Shown: piece by piece, positions 1 through 9,647 of the stretch
Layout of the letters: each line of letters begins with the position of its first letter
Numbering within the stretch: the stretch's first letter is position 1
Source of the DNA: Hyphomicrobiaceae bacterium
GTDB lineage: Bacteria > Pseudomonadota > Alphaproteobacteria > Rhizobiales > Hyphomicrobiaceae
DNA length: 64,000 bases
Assembly: GCA_035574175.1 (NCBI GenBank)
Contig: DATLZB010000109.1
Span: 310 to 64,309 of the forward strand
Reading direction: 5' to 3'
Made by a program: the position numbers and the translations under genes
The notes under the pieces: model-generated
What the model was told of the DNA's origin: nothing
Seen by the model: the letters and a program-made list of their open reading frames with translations, nothing else
Database searches by the model: none

Positions 1-4
1 GCGC

Positions 5-589
5 GTGGCCGAGGTGCTGAGGCTGGAGGTGCTCGAAGCCGCCAACTGGCGTACGGGCATCGGCACGGTTTACGACGACCGCCTCGGACCTGCCCACGTG
101 TTCCTGTCGCCCCCGGTCGGGGGATGGACCTTTGTCGTGGGGCTGTCGCTGCCACATCCGGTTGCTCGCAGCCTGGTCGACAAGTGCACTCCAATGCTGC
201 TCGATCTCGCATCGGCCTTCCCGGAGGCGCAATACTACTTCAGCTACCCGCCGCTCGACCTCTATGCCTGGGCCCGCGCCACAAACGGCCGGCTCGAGCG
301 CGCCTTTGCCATCGGGGACGAGGGGGTGATCTGGAACAAGGGCAAGTCCACCCGGGAGGAGCGCGCCATGGGGCTCAAGCTGTTCGAAGTACGTGGTGTG
401 CATGGGCGGTCGGGAGATGCGGGCGGGCAGATCATTCTGCATCCGACAGAGAGCCACGTGTTAGCGCTGGCAGGCCGCTGGAGCCTCGATCCGACCCGAC
501 TCGGCGCGGGCCGCGGCGAGTTCTCGGCCGGCTACATCTGTGCAAGTCCGGCGCACTGGCGCGCGGAGCGGCTGCGCAAAAGCGCCTAA
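5..589 (+). CDS. hypothetical protein (may begin upstream of the window)
   Basis: 194-aa ORF opening with GTG at 5. Composition is protein-like and it is convergent with the RNase T2 gene. No motif I can name. Confidence 0.4.
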   Translation: MAEVLRLEVLEAANWRTGIGTVYDDRLGPAHVFLSPPVGGWTFVVGLSLPHPVARSLVDKCTPMLLDLASAFPEAQYYFSYPPLDLYAWARATNGRLERAFAIGDEGVIWNKGKSTREERAMGLKLFEVRGVHGRSGDAGGQIILHPTESHVLALAGRWSLDPTRLGAGRGEFSAGYICASPAHWRAERLRKSA

Positions 590-622
590 TACGATCAGGC
601 CGCGCGCAATAGGCAGGACGAT

Positions 623-1345
623 TCAGGGCGGAGTGGGCCGCAACGGCGGAACATGGACGTAGTCCGCCCGGCACAACCTCTGCGGGTTTTCGTTGGCACC
701 GCAGCGGCGCGGGGCACCTTCCCGCGTAAAGCAGAAACGCACGTCCCTCAGGCGGGGCCCGGGTCCGCCGCAGGACACAGCGATCATATCGCGTGCGAGC
801 GTGGGGTTGGCGGAGAGGAACTGTGCGATGACGTCGGCCGTGCTCATCACTTGGTCGGCGTCCGGTTCGAGGAAGCGCGGCGGCACCTTGATGCTCTCAG
901 CCAACTTGCGGGCCAGACCAAAGTAGTGGGCCGGATCGAGGCCCGAGCATGTGCCGTGTCGGCGGTACTCGTGGATGACAAGCTTCGGATTGGGCATGAG
1001 GTCGCGCATGCCTTCGATCACCGCCCGAGGAACCCAGGTGTCCGACCCCGTGGCGCATGACAGAGGGTAGCCCTGCTCGTACTGCGGCCACAGCCCGTGC
1101 AGCACGAAGGCATAGGGCTTGCCGGCGTTGCGGCGGCACTGGGGATCGGCGCCGGGCGTGGCAAGGCCAGCGCAGTAGGACGGGCTCCAGGACAGCACCA
1201 GGCTGTAGTAGTCGAACCGACCTGGCTCGTCTTCCTCCTGTGCGCGTTCCGCCGCCCCATCCTGCTCGGCAACGTTCAACGCAGCGAGGACGGCAAGCGC
1301 CAGCAGGACCGTGACGGCGAGCGCGGTCCCCGTCCGCCCGGTCAT
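623..1345 (-). CDS. ribonuclease T2 family protein (secreted)
   Basis: RNase T2 CAS I motif FVLHGLWPQ and CAS II motif EYRRHGTC. Starting at ATG 1345 gives the signal-like N-terminus MTGRTGTALAVTVLLALAVLAAL. The longer ORF to 1396 is probably an upstream extension. Confidence 0.85.
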   Translation of the reverse strand: MTGRTGTALAVTVLLALAVLAALNVAEQDGAAERAQEEDEPGRFDYYSLVLSWSPSYCAGLATPGADPQCRRNAGKPYAFVLHGLWPQYEQGYPLSCATGSDTWVPRAVIEGMRDLMPNPKLVIHEYRRHGTCSGLDPAHYFGLARKLAESIKVPPRFLEPDADQVMSTADVIAQFLSANPTLARDMIAVSCGGPGPRLRDVRFCFTREGAPRRCGANENPQRLCRADYVHVPPLRPTPP

Positions 1346-1356
1346 CGCCCAGCCCT

Positions 1357-2763
1357 TCAGGAGGTCTCGGCCAGCCGAGCCAGGATACGGGCCCAACTGC
1401 GCGCCCCCTTGGTGAAGCTCGTGACGTTGTACTTCTCGTTGGGCGAATGGATGCGGTCGTCATCGAGGCCGAAGCCGACGAGCAGGCTATCCATGCCGAG
1501 CGCTTCCTTGAACGAAGTGACGATGGGAATCGATGCGCCGCAACCCATCATCACGGCAGGCCGGCCCCACTCCTCCTCCAGGGCGGTGCGGGCGGCGGCC
1601 ATATGAGGCGCGTCTGTTTCAAACGAGATCGCCGCGCTGCCGACGCCGCGGCCGGTCGCGAAGGATACCCGCGCATCCGTCGGCGTCCGCTCGCGCACGA
1701 ACGCCTGCAGGTTCTTCAGTATCCTTTCGGGATCCTGGCCGGCCACCAGGCGGCAGGTGATCTTCACAGAGGCCTTGGAGGGGATAACCGTCTTGGAGCC
1801 CACGCCCTGGTAGCCGCCGGTAATGCCGTTGAACTCGAGCGTCGGGCGCGCCCAGAGCTGCTCGAGGATGCTGAAACCGGCTTCGCCGGCTGGCGTGCTC
1901 AGTCCGACATCCTGCAAGTACTGCTGGCCGCGAAAGTGCAGACCGTGCCACTGTGAGAGCTGCCTTGGCGTCGGCGGAACAATGCCATCGTAGAAGCCCG
2001 GGACGGTGACGCGGCCGTGCTCGTCGTGCATAGCGGCGATGATGCGGGCGAGGGCGCGGATCGGGTTGAGGGCGGGGCCGCCGTACAGGCCGGAGTGCAG
2101 GTCGCGGTTCGGGCCTTCAACGGTAACCTCGGTGCCCAACAGCCCGCGAAGCATGGTGGTGATAGCCGGCGTGTCCCTGTCCCACTGGCCCGTGTCGCAA
2201 ACCAGCGCCAGGTCGCAGCGAAGCTCGCTGGAAGCCTCGGCCATGAAGCCAGGGAGGCTCGGGGAGCCGCACTCCTCCTCGCCTTCGATGAGTACGCTCA
2301 CCCGAATAGGAAGCCGGCCGGCGACCGTGCGCCAGGCGCGGACCGCTTCCAGGAAGGTCATGAGCTGGCCCTTATTGTCTTGGGCACCGCGGGCAACGAT
2401 TACCTCGCCGTTGGCCCCGTCGCTGGCGATGCGCGGCTCGAACGGCGGCGTCGTCCACAGCTCGAGCGGGTCGGGCGGCTGCACGTCGTAGTGGCCGTAG
2501 AAGAGGACGTGCGGGCCCCCTTCGGCCGGCGCAGACGGGTCGTGGCCGACCACCATCGGGTGACCCTTGGTCGGCCGGACCGAGGCCGTGAAGCCGAGGT
2601 CGCGCAAGGTCTGGGCACACCATTCGGCGGCCGCCTTGCACCGCTCCTTGTAGGCTGGATCGGTCGAAACGCTGTCGATGCGTAAGAGTTCGAACAGCCG
2701 CGCAATAGCGGCTTCACGCGAGCGGTCGAGAGTTTTGAGCACGTCCGGCAGGTGGTGCATCAT
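1357..2763 (-). CDS. M20 family metallopeptidase / dipeptidase (ArgE/DapE/ACY1/CPG2 family)
   Basis: N-terminus [33 protein letters not shown] and the YGHYDVQP motif are typical of M20 peptidases. The 827-aa ORF to 3840 is a high-GC extension running antisense to ppdK. Start set at the ATG pair 2758-2763. Confidence 0.85.
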   Translation of the reverse strand: MMHHLPDVLKTLDRSREAAIARLFELLRIDSVSTDPAYKERCKAAAEWCAQTLRDLGFTASVRPTKGHPMVVGHDPSAPAEGGPHVLFYGHYDVQPPDPLELWTTPPFEPRIASDGANGEVIVARGAQDNKGQLMTFLEAVRAWRTVAGRLPIRVSVLIEGEEECGSPSLPGFMAEASSELRCDLALVCDTGQWDRDTPAITTMLRGLLGTEVTVEGPNRDLHSGLYGGPALNPIRALARIIAAMHDEHGRVTVPGFYDGIVPPTPRQLSQWHGLHFRGQQYLQDVGLSTPAGEAGFSILEQLWARPTLEFNGITGGYQGVGSKTVIPSKASVKITCRLVAGQDPERILKNLQAFVRERTPTDARVSFATGRGVGSAAISFETDAPHMAAARTALEEEWGRPAVMMGCGASIPIVTSFKEALGMDSLLVGFGLDDDRIHSPNEKYNVTSFTKGARSWARILARLAETS

Positions 2764-2934
2764 CGGCAGGGCTTCCGGGTTGCCAGGAACGGGCGCAGAG
2801 TGCGCGAAGGACGGCTCCGCGTCAAAGTGCAACCGCGGCTCAAGCGGCAGCCATGTGTTTACGACCCATGGTGAGGGCTTGTATGTCACGATTTCGGCCC
2901 CATCAGGCGCGGTCAGGATGAGGAGTTGCGGACC

Positions 2935-5655
2935 ATGAAACAGACGGCAAATGCGTCCGCCAAGGGTCATAAGCGGGTGTACCGGTTCGGCGCCGGGAAA
3001 GCGGACGGCAACGCCGAGATGCGGGATCTGCTCGGCGGCAAGGGCGCCAATCTCGCAGAGATGGCGAGCCTCGGGCTGCCCGTGCCACCGGGTTTCACCA
3101 TCACCAGCGAGGTTTGCACTGCCTACTACGAGAATGGGCGCAAGCTTCCCGAGGAGCTCAAGGAGGAGGTCCTGAGCGCGCTCGCTGAGGTCGGCAGGGC
3201 GGTCGGCGCGCGGTTCGGCGATGAAAGCAATCCGTTGCTCGTTTCGGTGCGCTCGGGCGCACGCGCCTCGATGCCGGGCATGATGGATACGATCCTCAAC
3301 CTCGGGCTCAACGACAGGACGGTCGAAGGGCTCGCCCGCCGCTCCGGCAACCGGCGGTTCGCCTACGACAGTTATCGCCGATTCATCCAGATGTATGCAG
3401 CCGTCGTGCTCGGCATCGGCCACGGCGAGTTCGAGGATGTGCTCGAGAACCGCAAGAATCTCGCGGGCTACCAACGCGATACCGAGATCCAGGCGGAAGA
3501 CTGGCAGGAGATCATCGCCGAGTACAAGCAGATCGTCGAGCGCGAGCGGGGCACGCCCTTCCCTCAGGACATCCACGAGCAGCTGTGGGGCGCCATCGGT
3601 GCCGTGTTCGGCTCCTGGCAGAACCCGCATGCCGTCACCTACCGGCGCCTGCACGACATTCCCGACGACTGGGGTACGGCGGTGAACGTGCAGGCCATGG
3701 TGTTCGGCAACATGGGCGAGACCTCGGCGACGGGTGTTGCCTTCACGCGTAACCCGTCGACCGGAGCGAAAGAAATCTATGGGGAGTTCCTGCCCAACGC
3801 CCAGGGCGAGGACGTGGTCGCCGGCATCCGCACGCCGCACTGCCTCACCGAGCGGGCGCGCGAACTGGCCGGGCAGGAGGCGCCTTCACTCGAGCGGCTG
3901 CTGCCGGAGGCCTTCAAGGAACTCCAGCACATTCTCGCCAAGCTCGAGGCGCGCTACCGCGACATGCAGGACGTCGAGTTCACTATCCAGGACGGTAAGC
4001 TGTGGATGCTGCAGACGCGCTCGGGAAAGCGGACAATCGAGGCGGCAATCAAGATCGCGGTCGACCTCGCCGAGGAAGGCGTCATCTCTCGCGAGGAGGC
4101 GGTCATGCGCATCGAGCCGGCTGCACTCGACAAGCTGCTGCACCCGACCATCGATCCCGACGCGGAGAAAAAGCTGATCGCCAAGGGGCTCGCAGCCTCG
4201 CCCGGAGCCGCGGCAGGCGAGATCGTGTTCGATCCCGATGAGGCCGAACAGCTCAAGGCCAACGGACGTGAGGTGATCCTGGTGCGAGTCGAGACCAGTC
4301 CGGAGGACATTCACGGCATGCACGCGGCAGCCGGCATCCTCACAGCGCGCGGCGGTATGACGAGCCACGCAGCAGTAGTGGCGCGGGGCATGGGCCGGCC
4401 CTGCGTGTGCGGCGCCGGTGCGCTCCGGATCGACGCTGCAGCCCAGACGATGACGGCCAATGGCGAGGTGCTCAAGAAGGGCGATATCATCACCATCGAC
4501 GGCGCCACCGGCGAGGTGATGAAGGGCCGGGTCAAGATGCGCCAGCCCAAGCTCTCCGGCGATTTCGCCAAGCTTATGGGCTGGGCCGACAAAGCGCGTC
4601 GCCTCGGCGTGCGCGCCAACGCGGACACGCCGCGGGACGCGCGGCAGGCGCGCGAGTTCGGTGCGGAGGGCATCGGGCTCTGCCGCACCGAGCATATGTT
4701 CTTTGAGGCCGACCGCATCCTTGCCGTGCGCGAGATGATCTGCGCCGAGACCGAGGTGGAGCGGCGCGCCGCGCTCGCCAAGATACTGCCCATGCAGCGC
4801 CGCGATTTCGAAGAGTTGTTCGAGATTATGGCCGGGCAGCCGGTGACGATCCGGCTGCTCGATCCGCCGTTGCACGAGTTCCTGCCCCACCACGACGAGG
4901 AGGCCGAGGCGGTCGCCGAGGCACTCGGTCTGCCGCTCAAGCGGCTCAAGGAACGGGTGGCCGAACTCGCCGAGTTCAACCCGATGCTCGGCTTTCGCGG
5001 CTGCCGACTTGCTATCCGCTTTCCCGAGATCACGGAAATGCAGGCGCGCGCCATCTTCGAAGCGGCGGTGAACGCAGCGAAAAAGACGGGAAAGCCAGTC
5101 ACGCCTGAGGTGATGGTCCCGCTTATCGCCTACCGGCGAGAGTTCGACATTCTGCGCACGATCATCGTCAAAGTGGCACGGGCCGTCGAAAAGGAGACCG
5201 GCGCGCGGCTCGACTTCCAGGTGGGCACCATGATCGAGCTGCCGCGCGCCTGCCTCAAGGCCGACGAGATCGCGGCCGGAGAAGCCGGGGCGGAATTCTT
5301 CTCGTTCGGCACCAACGATCTGACGCAGACCGCGATCGGGCTATCGCGCGACGATGCGGCGCCCATTCTCGCCGACTACGCGCGCGCCCACATCTTCGAG
5401 GTCGATCCGTTCGTGTCGATCGACCGGGACGGGGTGGGCGAGCTCGTGCGCATCGCTACCGAGCGCGGACGTCGAGCGCGCAGGCAGCTGAAGGTCGGCA
5501 TCTGTGGCGAACACGGCGGCGACCCCGCCTCGGTGCTGTTCTGTCACGAGGTGGGGCTCGATTACGTATCCTGCTCGCCCTTCCGCGTGCCGGTAGCCCG
5601 GCTCGCGGCGGCCCAGGCGGCGATCGCCGGAAAGGTCGCCGGCAAGGACGGCTGA
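2935..5655 (+). CDS. ppdK: pyruvate, phosphate dikinase
   Basis: N-terminus [31 protein letters not shown] and the phospho-histidine loop [15 protein letters not shown]. Length about 906 aa. AGGAG at 2921-2925 precedes ATG 2935. Confidence 0.95.
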   Translation: MKQTANASAKGHKRVYRFGAGKADGNAEMRDLLGGKGANLAEMASLGLPVPPGFTITSEVCTAYYENGRKLPEELKEEVLSALAEVGRAVGARFGDESNPLLVSVRSGARASMPGMMDTILNLGLNDRTVEGLARRSGNRRFAYDSYRRFIQMYAAVVLGIGHGEFEDVLENRKNLAGYQRDTEIQAEDWQEIIAEYKQIVERERGTPFPQDIHEQLWGAIGAVFGSWQNPHAVTYRRLHDIPDDWGTAVNVQAMVFGNMGETSATGVAFTRNPSTGAKEIYGEFLPNAQGEDVVAGIRTPHCLTERARELAGQEAPSLERLLPEAFKELQHILAKLEARYRDMQDVEFTIQDGKLWMLQTRSGKRTIEAAIKIAVDLAEEGVISREEAVMRIEPAALDKLLHPTIDPDAEKKLIAKGLAASPGAAAGEIVFDPDEAEQLKANGREVILVRVETSPEDIHGMHAAAGILTARGGMTSHAAVVARGMGRPCVCGAGALRIDAAAQTMTANGEVLKKGDIITIDGATGEVMKGRVKMRQPKLSGDFAKLMGWADKARRLGVRANADTPRDARQAREFGAEGIGLCRTEHMFFEADRILAVREMICAETEVERRAALAKILPMQRRDFEELFEIMAGQPVTIRLLDPPLHEFLPHHDEEAEAVAEALGLPLKRLKERVAELAEFNPMLGFRGCRLAIRFPEITEMQARAIFEAAVNAAKKTGKPVTPEVMVPLIAYRREFDILRTIIVKVARAVEKETGARLDFQVGTMIELPRACLKADEIAAGEAGAEFFSFGTNDLTQTAIGLSRDDAAPILADYARAHIFEVDPFVSIDRDGVGELVRIATERGRRARRQLKVGICGEHGGDPASVLFCHEVGLDYVSCSPFRVPVARLAAAQAAIAGKVAGKDG

Positions 5656-5804
5656 GCGGGAACTCCGCCGCAGGATCGCCGCAATTCCCGGAGCGCCGCG
5701 TTCAATGTGACGCCCACAATCCGCGAACGTTTGGAACCGAGTCGGTGCGAGCAGCGTTCGTAGGTTGGCTGTGCATGCTCCTTGCCCCTCTTGCACGGCC
5801 CCAA

Positions 5805-5839
5805 GGGCATCTCCTCCCCCTCCCGGAGATGCCCTTTTT
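5805..5839 (+). terminator. rho-independent terminator candidate downstream of ppdK
   Basis: Perfect 10-bp stem GGGCATCTCC (5805-5814) / GGAGATGCCC (5825-5834), followed by TTTTT (5835-5839). Confidence 0.6.
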
Positions 5840-5931
5840 CGTGGCCGGAACCATCGGGCGGCCCCGGCGTTCACGGGGCAGGGCCAGCCTTGCGCCAGGC
5901 CGGTCCGAGATCAGGCTAGGGGACTGGTTAC

Positions 5932-6102
5932 ATGACGTTGGACGATGCAGCCCGATGGAGGGCGCTGGCTGCGGAGGCGCGATCCATTGCGGTTGAGATG
6001 AGTGATGCCGAGGCGCGACGCATCATGCTATGGATAGCGAGGCGCTACGAAGTCCTCGCCCAGTACGCCGAGGCGCGCGCGACGACGCCGGCAAAGAAGT
6101 GA
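5932..6102 (+). CDS. small helical hypothetical protein, 56 aa (below the ORF-track size cutoff)
   Basis: Hand translation gives MTLDDAARWRALAAEARSIAVEMSDAEARRIMLWIARRYEVLAQYAEARATTPAKK. It is a paralogue of the next gene (22 of 45 aligned residues identical). AGGGGA lies 9 nt upstream of the ATG. Confidence 0.45.
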   Translation: MTLDDAARWRALAAEARSIAVEMSDAEARRIMLWIARRYEVLAQYAEARATTPAKK

Positions 6103-6182
6103 GTACACGACCGGGACCCAACGCGGAGCCCGCATGCGAAAGGCGCATGGAACTCTGCCACCCGCCCTCGTGTTCATCGCTC

Positions 6183-6359
6183 ATGAACCAACGCTCGATA
6201 CGAGACAACGCCGAGCACTGGCGCCAGCGCGCCCGGGAGTCGCGGGCCATCGCTGAGCGATTGGAGGAGGCGGTCGCGAAGGAGACGATGCTGCAGATCG
6301 CCGACGCCTACGAACAGCTTGCGCAGCTCGCCGAGAAGCGCCAGTCGTCCAAGAGCTGA
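6183..6359 (+). CDS. small helical hypothetical protein, 58 aa
   Basis: MNQRSIRDNAEHWRQRARESRAIAERLEEAVAKETMLQIADAYEQLAQLAEKRQSSKS. It is the C-terminal part of ORF 6030-6359 and a paralogue of 5932-6102. Confidence 0.5.
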   Translation: MNQRSIRDNAEHWRQRARESRAIAERLEEAVAKETMLQIADAYEQLAQLAEKRQSSKS

Positions 6360-6402
6360 GCCCGTTGCCGGGGCGGGTGTGCGCAACAGGGGCACTGGAG
6401 GT

Positions 6403-6996
6403 ATGGCCAACGCCACCATTGCGACGCGCGGCGCGGCGCCGGAAGATGCCGAACACCTCGCCCAGTTCGTCAACGCGGCGAGCGACGGGCTCTCGTATTA
6501 TCTGTGGGAGCGCACAGCGGGCCCGGGCGAGACGGCGTGGTGCGTCGGGCGGCGCCGGGCGCGTCGCGAAGAGGGCAGCTTCTCCTACCGCAACGCCGTG
6601 ATTGCGGAGATCAGCGGCAGCGTCGCGGGCTGCCTCATCGGGTATCCGCTGCCCGACGAGCCTCAACCGATCGATGCCGAGATGCCCGCCATGTTCGTTC
6701 CGCTGCAAGAGCTCGAAAACCGTGCCTGCGGCACGTGGTACGTCAATGTGCTCGCCACCTATCCCGCCTTTCGCCGGCGGGGCGTCGCCCGTCATCTCCT
6801 GGCGCTGGCCGAGACCGCGGCGAAGCGAGCGGGCCGACGCGGGCTCAGCATCATCGTCGCCGATACGAACGCACCGGCACGACGGCTCTATGAGTTCTAC
6901 GGCTTCCGGCAGGAGGCCGATTGGGCGATGGTCAAGGAGGGATGGCAAGGCCCCGGAACGCGCTGGTTGCTGCTGGTGAAGCCATTGGGCGGCTGA
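6403..6996 (+). CDS. GNAT family N-acetyltransferase
   Basis: Acetyl-CoA binding region NVLATYPAFRRRGVARHLLALAE (Q/RxxGxG/A type) and the tail ARRLYEFYGF. GGAGG at 6396-6400 precedes ATG 6403. Confidence 0.8.
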   Translation: MANATIATRGAAPEDAEHLAQFVNAASDGLSYYLWERTAGPGETAWCVGRRRARREEGSFSYRNAVIAEISGSVAGCLIGYPLPDEPQPIDAEMPAMFVPLQELENRACGTWYVNVLATYPAFRRRGVARHLLALAETAAKRAGRRGLSIIVADTNAPARRLYEFYGFRQEADWAMVKEGWQGPGTRWLLLVKPLGG

Positions 6997-7021
6997 TGAG
7001 CTAGGAGGTCCGGCTCGCGGC

Positions 7022-7468
7022 CTACTTATAAGGCTCGAAGGTTTCGGCGGGATGGGGCTGGAAATGGGCCGGCGGCCCGCATTCGTAGACAAACTCCCAT
7101 TGCGGTGTGATCAGGACGTAGCCGTTGAGGAGGCGGCAGGTGCGGCCCGTGCGCGCGAAATACTCCTGCAACGGATAGAAGTAGTTCGAGCCCGGTGAGC
7201 GGGAGCCTTCGAAGTCCGCCAGGTTGAACGGTAAATGGTCGATGAGATGCGCGCTGGCCGCCACCTCACGGTCGGGGGAGATGGCTACACGCTGCAGGTC
7301 GGGGCGGTCGTAAATGCGGAAGGTCACCTCCCCGGAGACCAGGTGATAGGGGGGGACCACCGAATAGACCGCATTGAAGTTGTTTTCGGTGGCGCACGCG
7401 CCGGCAGCGACGGCGGCCAGCACTGCGCCAGCCCGCGACATCGCCGGCAATGCGCGGAACGGGTCCAT
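7022..7468 (-). CDS. hypothetical secreted protein / putative lipoprotein
   Basis: 148-aa ORF with N-terminal hydrophobic segment AGAVLAAVAAGAC (weak lipobox). No recognisable family. Confidence 0.5.
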   Translation of the reverse strand: MDPFRALPAMSRAGAVLAAVAAGACATENNFNAVYSVVPPYHLVSGEVTFRIYDRPDLQRVAISPDREVAASAHLIDHLPFNLADFEGSRSPGSNYFYPLQEYFARTGRTCRLLNGYVLITPQWEFVYECGPPAHFQPHPAETFEPYK

Positions 7469-7629
7469 GCCCTAGGTTTGCCGAGCGAGCTTGCGCGAGG
7501 CTGGCGATAAAGCGGCTGCGGCGGGCAGCGTACCATGCATGGACAAAGTCCGCTCCGCGAACTAATGCTCGGTGCGATATCGGCAACAGGCGGCTGGCCG
7601 CGCGGCGGCCACCCTTCGCGAGGTCAACA

Positions 7630-8802
7630 TTGCAGTCGGCAATCTCAGAGCTCTCCTCAGGTTGGCTCTCTTCGATCGAGGAGGTGATCGAGGACGCCAG
7701 ACAAGGGCGCATGTTCATCTTGGTCGACGATGAGTCGCGTGAGAACGAGGGCGACCTTGTGATCCCTGCCGAGAAGGCGACGCCCGAGGCCGTCAACTTC
7801 ATGGCCAAGCACGGGCGCGGGCTGATCTGCCTTGCGCTCACGGCGGAGCGGGTGGCGGAGCTCGACCTGCACCCGATGTCGCCGCGCAACCAGACGCGCC
7901 ACCAGACGGCGTTTACCGTCTCCATCGAGGCCCGTGAGGGCGTCACCACGGGCATCTCGGCGGCCGATCGCGCCCGCACCATCGCGGTCGCCATCGATCC
8001 CACCAAGGGCAAGCACGACATCGTGTCGCCCGGACACGTGTTCCCGCTCGTCGCGCAACCGGGGGGCGTGCTGGTGCGGGCCGGCCATACGGAGGCGGCG
8101 GTCGATGTTGCACGGTTGGCCGGGCTCTACCCGGCCGGTGTCGTCTGCGAGATCATGAACGACGACGGCAGCATGGCGCGCATGCCGGATCTGGTGCGCT
8201 TCGCCCAGCTGCACGGGCTCAAGATCGCCACCATCGGCGATCTTATTGCCTATCGCCGGCGCACCGAGAAGCTGGTCGAGGTGGTGGCCGAGTCGACGCT
8301 GTCCAGCCGCTTCGGCGGCGAGTTCAAGGTGCGGATCTACGCCACCAAGGTCGGCTACACGGAACATATCGCGCTGGTGCGCGGCGACATCTCGGGCGAG
8401 GAGCCTGTGCTCGTGCGCATGCACCAGCTCGACATCCTCGCCGACGCGCTCGGCGACAATCGCGTGGGCCAGTCGTTCGGTGGCGAGGCACGTGCCCGGG
8501 GGCACGAGCTCGAGGCTTCGATGCGGTTGATCGCCGAGCGCAACCGCGGCGTCATCGTCGTCATCCGCGACCCCTCGCCGACGAGCGTGAGCCGCTCGGT
8601 GCAGGAGCGGGAGGGAAGGGCCAGGCAGAAGCCCATCGCGGAGCTGCGCCAGTACGGCATCGGCGCCCAGATCCTGCTCGATATCGGCGTCAGAAAGATG
8701 ATCCTGCTGTCCAACACGCAGCGCACCATCGTCGGACTTGACGGATACGGCCTGACGCTCGTCGGGCAGCAGCCAGTTCCGAGACCGGCCGACCCTAGAT
8801 GA
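7630..8802 (+). CDS. ribB: 3,4-dihydroxy-2-butanone-4-phosphate synthase fused to a degenerate GTP cyclohydrolase II-like domain (RibBX-type)
   Basis: DHBP synthase core LSSIEEVIEDARQGRMFILVDDESRENEGDLVIPAE. The C-terminal half keeps the GCH II tail (RQYGIGAQILLDIGVRKMILLSN). It lacks the HSECLTGD...CDCG Cys motif, reading HQLDILADALGDNRVGQSF instead. There is no in-frame ATG ahead of the conserved N-terminus, so the start is set at TTG 7630, preceded by GAGG. Confidence 0.85.
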   Translation: MQSAISELSSGWLSSIEEVIEDARQGRMFILVDDESRENEGDLVIPAEKATPEAVNFMAKHGRGLICLALTAERVAELDLHPMSPRNQTRHQTAFTVSIEAREGVTTGISAADRARTIAVAIDPTKGKHDIVSPGHVFPLVAQPGGVLVRAGHTEAAVDVARLAGLYPAGVVCEIMNDDGSMARMPDLVRFAQLHGLKIATIGDLIAYRRRTEKLVEVVAESTLSSRFGGEFKVRIYATKVGYTEHIALVRGDISGEEPVLVRMHQLDILADALGDNRVGQSFGGEARARGHELEASMRLIAERNRGVIVVIRDPSPTSVSRSVQEREGRARQKPIAELRQYGIGAQILLDIGVRKMILLSNTQRTIVGLDGYGLTLVGQQPVPRPADPR

Positions 8803-8833
8803 GCACCAGCCACGATCGGGGACAGACAACTGA

Positions 8834-9619
8834 ATGTACGATGGGAAAGAGCGCGAGGTGCGCGTATCGATCGGTGGAGTCGAGATCGCGTTCGAACGGC
8901 GGGGAAAGGGTAGTCCGCTGCTGCTGCTCTATGGCGAGGAGGCCCTGGAGCTCGAGGCTCCCGCAGTCGAGGAACTAGCGCGGGGCTACGAGCTGATCAT
9001 TCCCTCGCCGCCGGGGTTCGGCACCTCGGAGCGGCCGGATTGGATCACCAGCCCGGACGACATCGCCTACCTCTACCTCGATCTCGCCGAGCGGCTCGGG
9101 CTGAACAAAGTGCCGGTCGTGGCCTTTTCCTTCGGGGGCTGGATCGCGGCTGAGATGGCGACAAAGGACTGCTCCTTCATCTCGAAGCTGGTTCTGGTCT
9201 CTCCCTACGGCATCAAGGTCGGCGGGCCGTTCGACCGCGATATCCAGGACATCTGGCTCTTACACCCCGACAAGGTCATGGGCCTCAAGTGGTTCGACAA
9301 AGCCAAGGGCAAGCGGGACTACGCCTCCATGCCCGATGACAAACTCATCATTATCGCTCGCAACAACGAGAGCTTCGCCCGCTTCGCCTGGGAGCCCTAC
9401 ATGCATAACCCGAAGCTCAAGCATCGTCTTGGGCGCATCAAGGCGCCGACGCTGCTGGTGTGGGGCGAGAACGACGGGATCGTCACGACCGACTATGGGC
9501 GAGCCTATCAGGCGCTGATTCCCGGTGCGCGTCTTGCCGTCATTGCCGAGGCCGGCCACTACCCTCACATCGAGCAGCCGGAGGCCTTCATGCGGCAGGT
9601 CAAAAGCTTTCTCGGCTAG
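8834..9619 (+). CDS. alpha/beta hydrolase
   Basis: Nucleophile elbow AFSFGGW and C-terminal His motif AGHYPHIEQPEAF. 261 aa. Confidence 0.8.
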   Translation: MYDGKEREVRVSIGGVEIAFERRGKGSPLLLLYGEEALELEAPAVEELARGYELIIPSPPGFGTSERPDWITSPDDIAYLYLDLAERLGLNKVPVVAFSFGGWIAAEMATKDCSFISKLVLVSPYGIKVGGPFDRDIQDIWLLHPDKVMGLKWFDKAKGKRDYASMPDDKLIIIARNNESFARFAWEPYMHNPKLKHRLGRIKAPTLLVWGENDGIVTTDYGRAYQALIPGARLAVIAEAGHYPHIEQPEAFMRQVKSFLG

Positions 9620-9647
9620 TACAGCGGGCACAAGGAGCCGACCCCAA

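Noticed and set aside
1357-3840. The 827-aa ORF as a single giant protein.
   Set aside because: Only the C-terminal 468 aa (from MMHHLPD at 2763) is M20-peptidase-like. The upstream 359 aa is low-complexity and runs antisense through ppdK.
7469-7629. A possible FMN (RFN) riboswitch in the 160-nt leader of ribB.
   Set aside because: Only a short GGACAAAGTCCG stretch resembles the 3' part of the RFN element. The core GGGTGAAATTCCC...ACCGGCGGT and the AGCCCGCGAGC segments are absent. A cmscan with RF00050 would settle it.
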